A stretch of 49,654 nt of DNA from an uncultured bacterium (GTDB taxonomy: Bacteria; Fidelibacterota; Marinisomatia; SCGC-AAA003-L08; D37C17), in NCBI GenBank assembly GCA_964532515.1, contig CAZHKH010000001.1, positions 1-49,654 of the forward strand, written 5' to 3'. Shown here piece by piece: positions 34,987-44,356 of this stretch; positions within the stretch are counted from its first letter, which is position 1; each line of letters begins with the position of its first letter. Below the pieces are notes generated by a model. It saw only the letters and a program-made list of their open reading frames with translations, had not been told where the DNA came from and did not search any database. A program made the translations under genes and the position numbers.

Positions 34987-37900
34987 CTATGCTAATAATT
35001 TTTTATCAATTTCATTAAGATTAACTGAAACAATTTTTGAGACTCCTTTTTGTGCCTGAGTGACTCCATAAAGATAATCTGAAGCTTCCATCGTTAATTT
35101 ATTATGAGTGACAATAATAAACTGACTATTTTTTGAAAATTTCTTAACAACATCATTAAACCTCTTTATATTGATGTCATCTAAGGGTGCATCCACCTCA
35201 TCTAGAATGCAAAATGGGCTAGGCTTGACTAAGTATATTGCAAATAATAAAGAAATTGCAGTAATTGCTTTTTCTCCACCAGAAAGCATTCTAAGACTTT
35301 GAGTAGATTTCCCTGGAGGAGTTGCTTTTATAATAATCTCACTTTCAAGCACATCGTCACCTTTAAGCTCAAGGGATGCCTTGCCTCCATTGTAAAACAT
35401 ATTATAAGTTTTAGAAAAATTTGATTGAATTTTTTCAAATGTACCAGAAAATAGCTTCCGAGCTTCTTTATCCAATCTATCTATGGTTTCTTGTAATGAT
35501 TTTTCAGATTCCACTAAATCTTTATACTGATTATCAAGAAAATCATATCTTTCAATTTCAGCCTCATGCTGAGAGTCAACTTCCATGTTAACAGGGCCTA
35601 TCCGTTCTATAGAATTCTTAATTTTAATAATTTTATCTGATAGCTCATCCATGTTTAATTTTATAAATTTATCAATTGATTCACTTGATATATTTTCATG
35701 ATCTATCTCCTCAAGAGATATCGAATGAACTTCCTTCTGGGTTTTTATTTTTTCAATCTGAATTTTTATTTCATTAAGGTGTTCGCTATTAGTATCGCTA
35801 ATTGACCTTTTATCTTTAATCTGAGCTTGATATGATTGAAATTTTTGATATTCTTTTGAGTATTTGCTCTGCAAAAGACTAATATCTTTATTAATTTTTT
35901 TCTCATCGATATACAAGCTCTTTAAATTATTCTTCAAATTTTTATTAGATTCAGTTAGCCTAACTATTAAGCTCTTTAATTTAACCGCATCATCCTTGTA
36001 TCGTTTTATCTCTAACTGAATTTCATTTTCATTGATTTCATAGTCACCGATACGATTTTTAATAGAGTTTTTTTGATTATTAATTTCAATTAAATCAATT
36101 TTTTTACTTTCATTTTTTTGGCGACTCAATAAAATTTTATTTTTTATTACTACAGATTCTTTTGCTAGCTCTATCTTCTGATTTTCTAGTTTCTTTAATT
36201 TTTCTGTGCTTTCATTGTTTGATAGGTTAATCTCTTTATTTTTTATTTTAAGAGCGATTATCTCTTTTTCTAAATTTGAAATATTCTGCTTTATTGTTTT
36301 TTCTTTCTTTTTATGCTCTTGTGTTAAAAATTTGTACTTTTCAATTTCTACTGATATCTCATTGAGAAGCCTATCATTATCTAGTAGATATTTTTCGAAT
36401 CCTGAGTTAGAATCAATTAACTTTTCTTTTCTCTTTAGAAGGTATTTTGAATCGCGATCTATCCTGATAAAATGAATATTGACAATATTATTAATTTCTT
36501 TCTTCGTTTCAGATATCTCATGCTTTGTAAACATTTTAGATTCATGCTTGTTGGGATTAACCTTCATGATTCCATTAGATAAAATGCTATTTCCATTTTT
36601 GCTAATATAGCTACTACCACTTTGCTTGCTCTTAGTATCTGATAAATTATAGTCTCCAATCAAGTAATGAAGCATACTAGATAGTTTAGATGGATATTTT
36701 ACTTGAGATATCAAACTATTTATAGATAAGATTTTATCTGATTTATTATTTGGAGCTTGATCTAGGATAATAAAACTGAATGTCATTTTTTTATCTTTTA
36801 AATCACTAATTATTTTTTTTGCATCACTTAATTTCTCAATCACTAAATAATCCGAATAATTTCCAAGTACCATTGATAGAGGAATAATCATTTTTTTAGG
36901 GACGGATATTAAATCCTCCAACCTACCTAATATCATATTTTTATATTTTGAATTATCCTTCAATAGATACTCATTTCCATTTGAAGATCCATCTTTTGTA
37001 GATACAAGCTTGTTAAAAAAATCTAATTTATTTTCATGCTTTAATTTTTCTTTTAGATATTTATTTCTTTCTTTTTCAAGGGTCGCTAAATCTATCTCTA
37101 TCTCTTTTATTAATTGATTATTCTTGCTTATCTGATTAATATTCTTTTTCTTTTGTTTGTTTTCTGTATTTAGCTTTGTCAAAAAACTATCGAGGTGATT
37201 CTTGCTTTTTAGTTCTTTTATCGATGTGTTTTCTATGTCTGCCCTCAGTCTTTTGATTAGAATTTCTTTCTCGGAGCACATGTGCTCATTGGTTTCAATG
37301 TTATTCTGAGAATTATTCATTTCATTTAGAGTCTCAATATAGATACTTTGAGCACTGTTTAGCTGTTTCTCTATATCTATTGATTTTTGATTGAAAGAAT
37401 CATAGAGTTTATTTTGCTTATCAAACTCTAATTGTTTTTTCTTTATTCTAGGCAGGATACCCTTTATCCTTCTTTTCATATTTTTAATTTCACTTTGTAT
37501 CCCAGATAGCTGTCTAGATTTTGATTTAATCTCTTTATCTGATTGTTCTATCCTATTCTTTGAATGTCCAATCTGTTCAGTAGAAATAATAATATCTTGA
37601 TTTATTTTAACTATGTTCTCTTCAATTTCTCTGATTTTTCCTTGCATTCCCTCCATTTTCTTACGTGTTTTTTCAAAATCATTTTGAGCACTCTCTAATG
37701 CACTTTCCTTTGATTCCAGATCCTTGATAAAAGAATCTTTAGATTTACTCATATTTTTTTGAGATGCAAGTAATGGATTTAATTTTTCATTAAGAGAGTC
37801 AATGGTCTTTGTGTGATATAGATTATTGCAAGCAAGAAGATCAACAGATAAAACTTTGTGACGCTCATATCTTTTCATTTGTAGTTTTAATTTTTTTACA

Positions 37901-38502
37901 TTGCTCTCAACTTCAGACATAATATCATATATTCTTTCCATGTCTGATTTTGTTGATACTAGTCTTCTTGTTGAAGCTGCTCTTTGTTTATTGTAGTTAT
38001 TTATACCTGAAGCCTCATCAATCATCGTTCTTCTATCCGTCGGATTTTGAGATAATATGGATTCAATCATTTTTAATTCAATCACAGAATATGCACCACT
38101 ACTCATACCTGTATCCATAAACATCTCATGAACATCTTTTAAACGACACTTATTTTTGTTTATATAGTATTCACTCTCACCGCTTCTAAAGTATCTTCTT
38201 GTGATTTCAAGGGTATCATACTCTATAGGAAGTAGGTCTTTATTGTTCTCAATTGTGAGCGTTGCTTCGCAAAAATTAAGAGGCTTCTTCTTTTGCGTTC
38301 CATTAAATATAACTTCTTCCATCTTATTTGATCTTAATGTCGATGCTTTTTGCTCACCCAAAACCCACCTAATCGCATCAACGATATTTGTTTTTCCACA
38401 CCCATTGGGCCCTACAATTGAAGTGACTCCATCTGTAAAATTTAATTCCGTCTTATCTGGAAATGATTTAAAACCCTGCATTTTTAGTTTTGATAGAAAC
38501 AT
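34987..38502 (-). CDS. smc: Chromosome segregation protein SMC
   Basis: 1171 aa. GPNGCGKTNIVDAIRWVLGEQ (Walker A), long coiled coils with a central hinge, LSGGEKAITAISLLFAI signature, ILDEVDAPLDD Walker B. Confidence 0.9.
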   Translation of the reverse strand: MFLSKLKMQGFKSFPDKTELNFTDGVTSIVGPNGCGKTNIVDAIRWVLGEQKASTLRSNKMEEVIFNGTQKKKPLNFCEATLTIENNKDLLPIEYDTLEITRRYFRSGESEYYINKNKCRLKDVHEMFMDTGMSSGAYSVIELKMIESILSQNPTDRRTMIDEASGINNYNKQRAASTRRLVSTKSDMERIYDIMSEVESNVKKLKLQMKRYERHKVLSVDLLACNNLYHTKTIDSLNEKLNPLLASQKNMSKSKDSFIKDLESKESALESAQNDFEKTRKKMEGMQGKIREIEENIVKINQDIIISTEQIGHSKNRIEQSDKEIKSKSRQLSGIQSEIKNMKRRIKGILPRIKKKQLEFDKQNKLYDSFNQKSIDIEKQLNSAQSIYIETLNEMNNSQNNIETNEHMCSEKEILIKRLRADIENTSIKELKSKNHLDSFLTKLNTENKQKKKNINQISKNNQLIKEIEIDLATLEKERNKYLKEKLKHENKLDFFNKLVSTKDGSSNGNEYLLKDNSKYKNMILGRLEDLISVPKKMIIPLSMVLGNYSDYLVIEKLSDAKKIISDLKDKKMTFSFIILDQAPNNKSDKILSINSLISQVKYPSKLSSMLHYLIGDYNLSDTKSKQSGSSYISKNGNSILSNGIMKVNPNKHESKMFTKHEISETKKEINNIVNIHFIRIDRDSKYLLKRKEKLIDSNSGFEKYLLDNDRLLNEISVEIEKYKFLTQEHKKKEKTIKQNISNLEKEIIALKIKNKEINLSNNESTEKLKKLENQKIELAKESVVIKNKILLSRQKNESKKIDLIEINNQKNSIKNRIGDYEINENEIQLEIKRYKDDAVKLKSLIVRLTESNKNLKNNLKSLYIDEKKINKDISLLQSKYSKEYQKFQSYQAQIKDKRSISDTNSEHLNEIKIQIEKIKTQKEVHSISLEEIDHENISSESIDKFIKLNMDELSDKIIKIKNSIERIGPVNMEVDSQHEAEIERYDFLDNQYKDLVESEKSLQETIDRLDKEARKLFSGTFEKIQSNFSKTYNMFYNGGKASLELKGDDVLESEIIIKATPPGKSTQSLRMLSGGEKAITAISLLFAIYLVKPSPFCILDEVDAPLDDINIKRFNDVVKKFSKNSQFIIVTHNKLTMEASDYLYGVTQAQKGVSKIVSVNLNEIDKKLLA

Positions 38503-38511
38503 AGATAGCAG

Positions 38512-38856
38512 CTACCCTGGTGGCCAGTTTAGCTTTCTCCCTCCTAAGAGATGCAAATGAATATGAAAAACACTCTGCCCGCCATCTTCATTGCAATTAA
38601 AAATTAGTCTATAGCCATCTTCTGCTATACCCTTATCCTTAGCAATTTGCCTTGCAATAACAACCATTTGACCAACTAGCTCTGCATCGTTACCTTGAAC
38701 ATCATTTATTGTGGATATTCTTTTTTTAGGAATAATTAGAATATGAATTGGAGCTTGGGGATTGACATCAGTAAAAGCAAGATAGTCCTTATCCTCATAG
38801 ACTATATCACTTGGAATTTCTTTGGATATAATTTTATCAAAAATAGTTTCTGTCAT
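38512..38856 (-). CDS. Histidine-triad (HIT) nucleotide-binding protein
   Basis: 114 aa. IFDKIISKEIPS, QAPIHILIIPK, and the HxHxHxx motif QSVFHIHLHLLGG. Confidence 0.85.
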   Translation of the reverse strand: MTETIFDKIISKEIPSDIVYEDKDYLAFTDVNPQAPIHILIIPKKRISTINDVQGNDAELVGQMVVIARQIAKDKGIAEDGYRLIFNCNEDGGQSVFHIHLHLLGGRKLNWPPG

Positions 38857-38904
38857 CGCATATATTATAATTGAAAATTGAGTTGAAATTTAAGACGAAT
38901 ATCT

Positions 38905-40086
38905 TTAATTGGCACTAATATTATCGATAGTTTCTACGCCATTGACAAAACTAATTAAATGGGGCTCACAAATGATTCCAAATTTCTTTTTATATAAATC
39001 AGATATGACCTCAATGTACTCCTTTTCATAACCTTTCTTAATTAAATTCAATGTACTGCCACCAAATCCACCCCCCATAATTCTTCCTCCGTGCCAATAG
39101 GAAAGTTTTTCTGATGATTTAAGGAGGTAATCAATCTCCTTGCAACTAACTTCATAATCTTTCTTTAAGCTTCCATGTGACTCTCTCAATAAATAGCCAA
39201 TATCTCTAACATTGTTGCTTGTTATGGCATCTTTCATTTTTAGTACTCTTTGATTCTCTGAGATAATATGTTTAACTCTCTTCTTTAGGTTTATAGGTAA
39301 AGCATCTATCTTGAAGAGCATCTCTTCATTGATATCTCTAAAATTTGATAGTCCACTAATTTCTGTTGATAACTTTTTAAATGCTTCCTGACACTCTTCG
39401 ACTCTCTCATGATATTTTGAACTCGCAAGCTCTCTTTTTATCATACTATCAATAAGCACCCAGCTGGCAGCTTTTAATTTTATAGGAATATATTCAATAG
39501 ATGAATTATTAAAATCTATAATAAATACAGAATTTTCCTTTGATAGGAGGCATGCGCTTTGATCTAATTTTCCACTTTTAATTCCTATGTATTTATGATC
39601 TACACGCTGACATCTATCAATAATCTCATTATCACTCAGTTTTATACTAAATATTTTAAGGGTTGCAGATAAAATTGAAAGTTCTAGTGCTGCAGAAGAA
39701 GAAAGCCCCTTTCCCATCGGGATATCTGAGTTTATCAGTAGATTTATCCCAGAGTCACATTTTTTATTTCCTAAGGCTTCAAGAATTGATCCCTGTACAT
39801 ATTTGTGCCATAATTTTGTTTCAGATATATTATCGAGATCAGATGAAAACATATCCTTCAAATCAGTTGAGAATGCATTTATCCTTCTATTATGATTCCT
39901 AGACATGGCAACACACAAATATCTATCTATCGCTACCGGCATAGCTAGTCCATTATTATAGTCTACATGCTCTCCAATAATATTAACTCTACCTGGGGAG
40001 ACACAAATAATCTCTGGAATCTGGCTAAATTTTTCAAAAAATGCATCTTTAGTCTGCTTAATTAAGGTATCTTTATTTGTATTCAT
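38905..40086 (-). CDS. galK: Galactokinase-family GHMP sugar kinase
   Basis: 393 aa. Galactokinase signature GRVNIIGEHVDYNNG, GHMP ATP motif PMGKGLSSSAALE, GGGFGGS. Confidence 0.85.
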   Translation of the reverse strand: MNTNKDTLIKQTKDAFFEKFSQIPEIICVSPGRVNIIGEHVDYNNGLAMPVAIDRYLCVAMSRNHNRRINAFSTDLKDMFSSDLDNISETKLWHKYVQGSILEALGNKKCDSGINLLINSDIPMGKGLSSSAALELSILSATLKIFSIKLSDNEIIDRCQRVDHKYIGIKSGKLDQSACLLSKENSVFIIDFNNSSIEYIPIKLKAASWVLIDSMIKRELASSKYHERVEECQEAFKKLSTEISGLSNFRDINEEMLFKIDALPINLKKRVKHIISENQRVLKMKDAITSNNVRDIGYLLRESHGSLKKDYEVSCKEIDYLLKSSEKLSYWHGGRIMGGGFGGSTLNLIKKGYEKEYIEVISDLYKKKFGIICEPHLISFVNGVETIDNISAN

Positions 40087-40810
40087 TTAAGCGCCCAATA
40101 AATGATAAATCGTCAACTGAATTTATTCCTATTAATTGCCTGTAGTTTTCAATAAACATCGAAGACAATTTCCTGTGATCGTTGCTTAAAATATTGATAG
40201 TATCCGTCAAATTATATTCTTTTGTTTTAGGGTCTGGTTTGATTTTTTTTAAAGTTTCAATTAATATTTTAGATTTAAATAAATATTGTGAAGTAAAGTA
40301 GTTTTGCTCTTTTTTTATCTCCGCATCTGCATTATGCTCCTCTACCACCTTTTTAACTGTCCCATTTTCATTGAACAACAATCTACCATATGGTAATTTT
40401 ATTGGAAACTTAGAATATAAAAATGTACAATCTGAATTTGATTTACTATGCTTCTGAAGCATATTTTTTAAAGATATACTTGATACAAAAGGAGCATCCC
40501 CCATAACAATAAATGTATTTTTATATTGTTCTATATAATCTATACACTGCAGGGCTGCATGGCCTGTTCCAAGTTGATTGTTTTGAGATACATATTTAGA
40601 GCGTCCTTCTATGTGAGCAATTACTTTATCTTTCTTGTGCCCTACTACTATCAGTAAATCCACTGTCTCTAATTCTAAAAATGAATCAATGAGATAGTCA
40701 ATCATCGGCTTATTATATACTTTAAATAGAGGCTTGGGGCCACTATAGTTAAGTCTATTTCCCTTCCCTGCCGCAAGGATAATTCCCAAATGTTTATCTT
40801 TATTTTTCAT
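40073..40810 (-). CDS. Sugar-1-phosphate nucleotidyltransferase (GlmU N-terminal-domain-like, no acetyltransferase domain)
   Basis: 245 aa. GIILAAGKGNRL, PKPLFKV.NKPMIDY, VVGHKKDKV, QNNQLGTGHAALQC and MGDAPF parallel the GlmU pyrophosphorylase domain. Confidence 0.75.
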   Translation of the reverse strand: MKNKDKHLGIILAAGKGNRLNYSGPKPLFKVYNKPMIDYLIDSFLELETVDLLIVVGHKKDKVIAHIEGRSKYVSQNNQLGTGHAALQCIDYIEQYKNTFIVMGDAPFVSSISLKNMLQKHSKSNSDCTFLYSKFPIKLPYGRLLFNENGTVKKVVEEHNADAEIKKEQNYFTSQYLFKSKILIETLKKIKPDPKTKEYNLTDTINILSNDHRKLSSMFIENYRQLIGINSVDDLSFIGRLNEYK

Positions 40811-42197
40811 TGTTCTTGACTATCTTTATATAAGATTTAGCGCCTTCTCTCAATTTTCTTTTCTGAGTTTCAAAATCAACTTGATACAATCCAAACTTCA
40901 TGTCATATCCAAAAGCCCATTCAAAATTATCCATTAGTGACCAGTAGTAATAGCCAGTAATATCATATCCATCAGCAATTGCTTTCCTGACAGCATAGAG
41001 ATATCTTGCTATGTATATAGATCGAAAGGAATCGTTTTTATCTGCGACTCCATTCTCTGTAATAATAATCGGTTTATTGAGCTGTGAAACTAATTTAATT
41101 GCTCGGTATATTCCCTCAGCATATATCGTGTATGGCATATCTGTCATGATATCATTTTCATGATACTTTAATTCAGAAAAATCAGGTTTAAATGGATTGA
41201 ATTTTATATGATTATGAGAATAATAGTTTAGTCCAAAAAAATCATTTGAATCTCTTGCCATTAAATTTTTATGTGTTACCCAAATTAATCCAGGAAGACG
41301 AATTTTAAATATCCCTGTTTTAAAAAATTTTATTGAAGACCAGTTGAATACATGATTCAATGCTATGACAAATAGCCAATCAAATATTGAATATCTTCTC
41401 CAAGGGTCAAATTGATTTATATTTTTAACAATGCCAATTCTAGCATCTTCCCCTCTACTTTGTTTTTTTAATTCATGATACACCTGAACGTGAGACTCCA
41501 ATAAATTCTTAAGTACTTCAGCTGTTAGTTGTGGACTTTTCTTCCCGGGTGGAAACATTCCAGTAAAATAACCTTGAACTGTAAAAACTGCTGGTTCATT
41601 AATGGTACACCAATTTTTAACTTTATTTGAATATAAGTTAAAAACTAACTTGCTAAAATTAATGAAATGCTCAATATTTTCTTCTTTTTCAAATCCCCCT
41701 ATATCTTCAAACCAAACTGGATGAGAAAAGTGATGAAGAGTAATAACAGGAGTTATTTCATTTTTAATTAATTCATCAATAACATCTGTGTAGTGATTGA
41801 TTGCATCTTGATTAAAACTGCCTTTTGTAGGTTCTATTTTACTCCACTCAATTGAAAATCGATAGTGACTTACTCCGGTATCAACAATCAATTTTATATC
41901 TTGCTTATACCTATCCCAATGCTCGCATGCATTGTCTGATATCTGAGCATCTTTAATATTCGGAGTCCCATCGTTCTTCTGCCCTTTCTCAAATTCAGAC
42001 CAGTTATTTTGGCAGTTTCCTTCAACTTGATGGGCCGCTGTAGCCGTTCCCCATACAAATGATTTTGGAAAACTTATATTGTTCATTTCTATTTTATTCC
42101 AATTCCACCTTGGTTCAGGAAATTTTAAGTGAAAGAATAATGGGAGAAAAAAAACTACAATAGCTATAAAAAAGAATAAAATAAATAGTAGATCCAC
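40800..42197 (-). CDS. Glycoside hydrolase family 1 (beta-glucosidase/galactosidase type), possibly N-terminally membrane-anchored
   Basis: FVWGTATAAHQVEG, acid/base TINEP, nucleophile ITENG, WSLMDNFEW. The GTG-initiated form adds MDLLFILFFFIAIVVFFLPLFFHL. The alternative start is ATG 42086 (MNNISFPKSF). Confidence 0.85.
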   Translation of the reverse strand: MDLLFILFFFIAIVVFFLPLFFHLKFPEPRWNWNKIEMNNISFPKSFVWGTATAAHQVEGNCQNNWSEFEKGQKNDGTPNIKDAQISDNACEHWDRYKQDIKLIVDTGVSHYRFSIEWSKIEPTKGSFNQDAINHYTDVIDELIKNEITPVITLHHFSHPVWFEDIGGFEKEENIEHFINFSKLVFNLYSNKVKNWCTINEPAVFTVQGYFTGMFPPGKKSPQLTAEVLKNLLESHVQVYHELKKQSRGEDARIGIVKNINQFDPWRRYSIFDWLFVIALNHVFNWSSIKFFKTGIFKIRLPGLIWVTHKNLMARDSNDFFGLNYYSHNHIKFNPFKPDFSELKYHENDIMTDMPYTIYAEGIYRAIKLVSQLNKPIIITENGVADKNDSFRSIYIARYLYAVRKAIADGYDITGYYYWSLMDNFEWAFGYDMKFGLYQVDFETQKRKLREGAKSYIKIVKNNEK

Positions 42198-42205
42198 AGA
42201 GCTAC

Positions 42206-42529
42206 CTAGTTATCAAGGTCGATATCTTTAATCTCTAATCTAGAGATCACCTTATCATCTAGAATAGATTTTTCTAGAATCTCTTCACAGTCGCTGAGCT
42301 TGACATTTTTATACCAAATTTTTTCTGGATATATAACCAGAGCAGGACCAAGCTTACACATACCAAGACATCCACTTTTATTGACTCTGACATTAATCTT
42401 GGAGCTGGAAGTTGCAACAGATGAAACAAGTTTTGATCTAATCTCTAGGCCTGCATTTCCACAACTTTTTCTACCGCCCTCTCTAGAGTTGATACAAACA
42501 AAAACATGTTTATCTACTTTCTTCCTCAT
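42206..42529 (-). CDS. (2Fe-2S) ferredoxin-domain protein, thioredoxin-like fold
   Basis: 107 aa. Cys pattern VFVCINSREGGRKSCGN .. SGCLGMCKLGPALVIYP (C..C and CxxxC) is typical of thioredoxin-like 2Fe-2S ferredoxins. Confidence 0.65.
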   Translation of the reverse strand: MRKKVDKHVFVCINSREGGRKSCGNAGLEIRSKLVSSVATSSSKINVRVNKSGCLGMCKLGPALVIYPEKIWYKNVKLSDCEEILEKSILDDKVISRLEIKDIDLDN

Positions 42530-43554
42530 GATATATCCAGTACTACTTTACCAAGATTCGTTCTATCTTCTATGTATTGATGCGCCTTGGCAGCATCAGA
42601 TGCATGAAAAACCTTATCCACCATAGGAGAATATCTTTTCATATTTATTTTATTTAAAACTTCTTTAAAAGTATTAACGCTTCCCATTGTTGACCCTAAA
42701 ATTGAAAGATTTTTAAAAAAAAGGTGTGCAAGATTGATATTAACATTTGACCCAGTAGTTGCTCCGCAAGTTACCAGCCTTCCTCCCTTCTCTAACACTT
42801 TCATGCTCGTCTCCCAAGTTTTTTCTCCAATATGCTCAAACACTACGTTTATTTTTTCTTTACCAAGATATCTCTTTAGGTTCTTGTAGAGATTAGAATC
42901 ATGCAAAACAACGTGATCTGCTCCAATATTTCTTATGTATTTAACTTTATGATTTGATCCAGCTGTTGAAATCACTCTGCATCCAATATCTTTTGCAATT
43001 TGAATTCCAGCGGATCCCACTCCAGAGGTCCCGCCATAGATTAAAACCAATTCATCCTTTTGGACCTTTGCTCTTTTTATAAGCATTTCATAGGCAGTCA
43101 TAAATGTGAGTCCCATGCTTGAGGCCTGCTCATACGATAGATGCTCTGGCATTGGATACACATGAATAGGATCAAGGCAAACAAATTCAGATTGAACTCC
43201 ATTGTGAGTCTCTCCAAGAATTCCATATGATGGGGATAAATTTTCATGTCCTGACTTTGATAGTTCACAGCTGGGGTCATAAACTCCTGGCTGAATAATT
43301 ACATCATCGCCTACTTTAAATTCTTTTACTTTACTACCTACCTCAGAAATAACTCCAGCAGCATCCGAGCCTAAAACCCTAGGTAAATTAATATGCAAGC
43401 CTGGAACCCCTTTTCTTATCCAAATATCTAGATGATTAATAGAAGAATTTTTTATATTTACTTTAATTTTTCCAGGGGAACAATCAGGCTCATCTAAATC
43501 AGAAAATCTTACCACATTATGGGAACCATGTTCTTTAATTAAAACAGCCTTCAA
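42526..43554 (-). CDS. Medium-chain dehydrogenase/reductase (zinc-type alcohol dehydrogenase / quinone oxidoreductase family)
   Basis: 342 aa. GSDAAGVISEVG, VLIYGGTSGVGSAGIQIAK (cofactor-binding loop), GKVVL at the C-terminus. TTG start preceded by GAGGAG. Confidence 0.8.
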   Translation of the reverse strand: MKAVLIKEHGSHNVVRFSDLDEPDCSPGKIKVNIKNSSINHLDIWIRKGVPGLHINLPRVLGSDAAGVISEVGSKVKEFKVGDDVIIQPGVYDPSCELSKSGHENLSPSYGILGETHNGVQSEFVCLDPIHVYPMPEHLSYEQASSMGLTFMTAYEMLIKRAKVQKDELVLIYGGTSGVGSAGIQIAKDIGCRVISTAGSNHKVKYIRNIGADHVVLHDSNLYKNLKRYLGKEKINVVFEHIGEKTWETSMKVLEKGGRLVTCGATTGSNVNINLAHLFFKNLSILGSTMGSVNTFKEVLNKINMKRYSPMVDKVFHASDAAKAHQYIEDRTNLGKVVLDIS

Positions 43555-43709
43555 TCAATCTCCTCAAAATCAGCATCTTTGTAGTCTATTTCTTTCCCAC
43601 TCTTATTTTTCTTTTTACTTGTCGAAGTGGAAACTGAAAAGAAGTGAGATATTAATCTGTATACAAATAAAATAAATGCTAGATATATTATAATCTTATA
43701 AATGGGCAT
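43551..43709 (-). CDS. Small membrane-anchored protein, 52 aa (not in the ORF track; DUF4834-like C-terminus is a guess)
   Basis: My translation is MPIYKIIIYLAFILFVYRLISHFFSVSTSTSKKKNKSGKEIDYKDADFEEID*. Its ATG overlaps the TAA of the kinase gene (TAATG). Its TGA overlaps the TTG start of the MDR gene. It exactly fills an otherwise 154-nt gap. Confidence 0.55.
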   Translation of the reverse strand: MPIYKIIIYLAFILFVYRLISHFFSVSTSTSKKKNKSGKEIDYKDADFEEID

Positions 43710-44356
43710 TACTTAAATGTCTTCATTGGATTGAAGTATCTAGTACCTTCCGATGGTTGCTTAATAAAATCTATTATCTCTTGAAGATCTTGCTTATTGT
43801 TTACAAAATCAATGTCATTGGTATTGATAATAACAAGCGGCCCTTTATCATATCTGAAGAAATATTCATTATATATCTGATTTAAATTATCTATATATGT
43901 ATAGTCCATATTTCTTTCAAATTCACGTCCTCTTATTTTAATATTATACATCAGTCGATCTGTCTCAGATTGAAGAAAAATTATTAAATCAGGGTATACT
44001 ATATTTTTTTGTAGCTCATTTGCGATACGATTATATAGATCTAGTTCCATGTCGCCTAGATTAAGCGCTGCAAAAAGTCTATCTTTATCAAACATATAAT
44101 CAGATATTACTGATTTTGTAAACATGTCCATCTGCTGCAAATCCTGCTGCTGTTTATATCTGGATAAAAGGAAAAATAGCTGGGTCTGCATCGCATATCG
44201 ATCTCTATCTGTATAAAAATCTTTTAAAAATGGATTATCCTCAAATTTTTCCAGAACTGTTTTTGCTTCCATCTCTTCTGCAAGCAGTTTCACTAGACTG
44301 GTTTTTCCTACTCCGATAGTGCCCTCTATGCAGATATGATATGATGATAATCTCAT
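43709..44356 (-). CDS. Deoxynucleoside kinase (dAK/dGK family)
   Basis: 215 aa. P-loop ICIEGTIGVGKTSL, EKFEDNPFL.DFY, SDYMFDKD, IRGREFE (the ERS/DRH-type motif region). Confidence 0.85.
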   Translation of the reverse strand: MRLSSYHICIEGTIGVGKTSLVKLLAEEMEAKTVLEKFEDNPFLKDFYTDRDRYAMQTQLFFLLSRYKQQQDLQQMDMFTKSVISDYMFDKDRLFAALNLGDMELDLYNRIANELQKNIVYPDLIIFLQSETDRLMYNIKIRGREFERNMDYTYIDNLNQIYNEYFFRYDKGPLVIINTNDIDFVNNKQDLQEIIDFIKQPSEGTRYFNPMKTFK

